The translations under genes and the position numbers were made by a program. DNA of 63,617 bases, counting the filler, from Rhabdomonas costata (lineage: Eukaryota), in the NCBI GenBank assembly GCA_019059605.1. It is 21 parts of 21 records of this genome, joined end to end, with 100 filler letters (N's around TTAATTAATTAA, not from the genome) between each part and the next. Parts side by side here need not be neighbours in the genome. Positions count along the whole stretch, not along the records: positions 60,689 to 63,617 come from JAHMHO010001719.1; 20 more parts are not named here. One strand, 5' to 3'. Position 1 is the stretch's first letter. Every line of letters starts with the position of its first letter. Below, in pieces: positions 61,521-63,617 of this stretch. Under the pieces are notes generated by a model. That model did not search any database, was not told the origin of the DNA, and worked only from the letters and a program-made list of their open reading frames with translations.

Positions 61521-62861
61521 TTACGCCTTCGGCGCTGGCTTCTCTTTCTCAGACTCCGTCCCGACGTAGTATGCCTTAGAAAAGAGGAAAGATCAGGTTA
61601 CGGTTTGCCAAGCAAATCCAACGCTCACGTCAAAACCCATGAAACGTCCACGTCCCATCAGATCAAGAGGAAATCATTAGCTTGCTGCACAAACGTTTCG
61701 CAGATGAAATTCACAAAACTCTTCACGTGACCAGTGACCCCCTGACCCGGAACGCAGGGAATGAGAGATATAAATGTGTGAATGTGGTGGAAAAGGAAAG
61801 TGCGAAACGTGCGGAACAGTTATTGTAGATTCAGAATCGTCTCTACCCCGGATGCGCATCCAATGCTGGGCAAACTTGACCCAAAAACGGCACAGCCGAC
61901 CCAGGAAGGACCTGCGCGTTACGGAGCCCACTGTGGTCCTTGAGGGAGGTTTTGTTGTTCTTGTACTCGATCAGTGTGGAGGGACCAAGGTGTAGGATGT
62001 GCTTGAGCTTCTCCCTTCAAAAACACCAGTATTGGGGGACCAATGCCTTCCTCAAATAAAAGGGAAAACTGAAGAAATCACAGCATGGTTTTTCTGGGGG
62101 ATTGAAATCCGTGCAAACTCGCGTGAGTTGTCCGACATGGAACAACAGAAATGAAAACGTAGGGCAAGACAACAGGCAGGAGGTTTCAACTAAAAGAAGA
62201 GCGTGCAATACTCAAACCCGACACGGAACTTGGGGGCCTTGTCCGCAAGCCAAACGGAAAGCACGTCCTCCTGGCGCACGAAAGCGAAAACAAATTCAAA
62301 AAGAAGTGAAAGGCGAAGGGCCCAAATAACCAGGACGCAAACCAGCCGGAAACCGTCGGGGCCACAGAGTTGCAACTTTGCGTCTTTTGGGATGCTACCT
62401 TGATCGTAATTAAAACATTTCCATGAAAATCTTGGCAGCTACTCACCAGAGAGGAGACTATATTCGAAATGATTTGAATATTGGATCAGCACTCATTTTG
62501 GATTTCTGGAGCAAAAATCCTTTGATTCGAAAGTAGTCCCATCCAAATAATACAATCCGAAAATATAGTGCACTTCTGTATCCCAGCATACCAAGAATGC
62601 TGTAGTTGAATGATGAATGTTTGACACTTCTTCAGTGTCCCAGTGAACCCTTCTTCTTGAGGCTCCTTATTGTGCTCATGTTGACACTTTATGTCCTGGA
62701 CCTCCGCAGAGATGAAACAAAGCTCCGAGAGTGGCTAAAGGGATTTGGGGCTCTGCGAGCATGAAAACAGCCTTTGGAGCTTTGATCAGAGTATTCTGAT
62801 CCTCAAACGCCCCGATTTTTTTTTGGCGGAATTTGGGATTTTTGAGCTCCGTCAGGTCCAC
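61521..62861 (-). CDS. Putative multi-exon gene of unknown function; exon set and frame uncertain
   Basis: AG/GT-bounded segments such as VDLTELKNPKFRQKKIGAFEDQNTLIKAPK (from 62861) and a possible terminal exon AYYVGTESEKEKPAPKA-TAA; no recognised motif. Confidence 0.3.
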
Positions 62862-63617
62862 CTACATTGGTCCTAAAAGCTGTCACCGAATGAACGAAGG
62901 CTCCGCTTGGAGCATTCTCAACTCCCCGCAGGGGGATACGTGGACGGGGACGTAGCCTAGGGACATATGTTCGATATTAGGAGAAGAGGCGCCCTTGGGC
63001 GAAGCCTTCGGTTTGGTTTGGTTTACAGGTTTGGGGTTTCGATAAAATCAACCCTCGCTGGCGTTGTTCGGTGACCTGGCACCATTGGCCGAAAACCTTG
63101 GGGTCTTGGGCCGGGGAGCGCAGCGGCCAAGATCCCAGCTGCTACGACAGAGTGGGTGGGTCATATTTCTCAAGGAGGTAGGCTGTGCTTTGATGCCCAG
63201 AAAATGTCAAAATATAGGAGCGCCCATTTGGGTATACGAGAAAAAAGACGACAGCGAGCACTATCGACTGAGACGGAGAAGTGTAATAAACACTATCGAC
63301 ATTTTTGCGTTACTGTCGGCAGATACCCTGATGCAAAATGGTCGATGGTGTTTACTATCGTCCAATAAAACACGACAGTAAACACTATGGTAATGGTTTG
63401 GACCTCACAGCACCAGCGAGGGGGGGGGGGGCAGACCAAGCCCAGAGCGACAGTAGTAGGAAAGGACGCTGTTGAAAGAGGACCCAAGCTGGCTGATTCA
63501 GATGAAGTCCAAATCAAAAAATCCCGATCCACTTCAATGGGGCACTGACACAGTACAGGGGGCACGCACTGCGCACCTTGTTCCGGATCTGAATGACGAT
63601 ACCCACAACACCCCCAC

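Noticed and set aside
62457-62570. Imperfect inverted ends (actatatt...aatatagt) around an AT-rich 115-bp block
   Set aside because: Match is too short and degenerate in AT-rich sequence; no target duplication.

Overview
This is not continuous genomic DNA. It is 21 unrelated contigs of about 2.9 kb, joined by 20 artificial 100-nt spacers (44 N + TTAATTAATTAA + 44 N), so neighbourhood across spacers is meaningless. The DNA is nuclear sequence from an intron-rich, flagellated eukaryote with mitochondria. A euglenozoan (euglenid/diplonemid-like) origin is plausible from the very short mitochondrial presequence and degenerate GTNYG donors, but is unproven. The ORF track mostly misleads because genes are split into exons of roughly 40-400 nt. 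Manual splicing recovers fragments of STT3, a RECQL4-like helicase, DNAAF1/ODA7, ARMC2-like, an FAD glycerol-3-phosphate dehydrogenase, a biotin carboxylase, a class III adenylate cyclase, an EMC10-like protein, PB1, PUB, multi-RRM and two ankyrin proteins, and two secreted proteins. There is also a decayed Ty3/Gypsy element and a Mutator-like MITE. The best novelty candidate is an intronless ORF of at least 517 aa with an F-box inserted directly after an intact 2OG-Fe(II) oxygenase domain. Also notable are a secreted protein built from symmetric phase-1 exon modules (Cys-rich/WSC/Cys-rich), unusual splice-site usage including GC donors, and antisense exon candidates beside the GPD gene. All family assignments are by motif recognition only; no searches were run.
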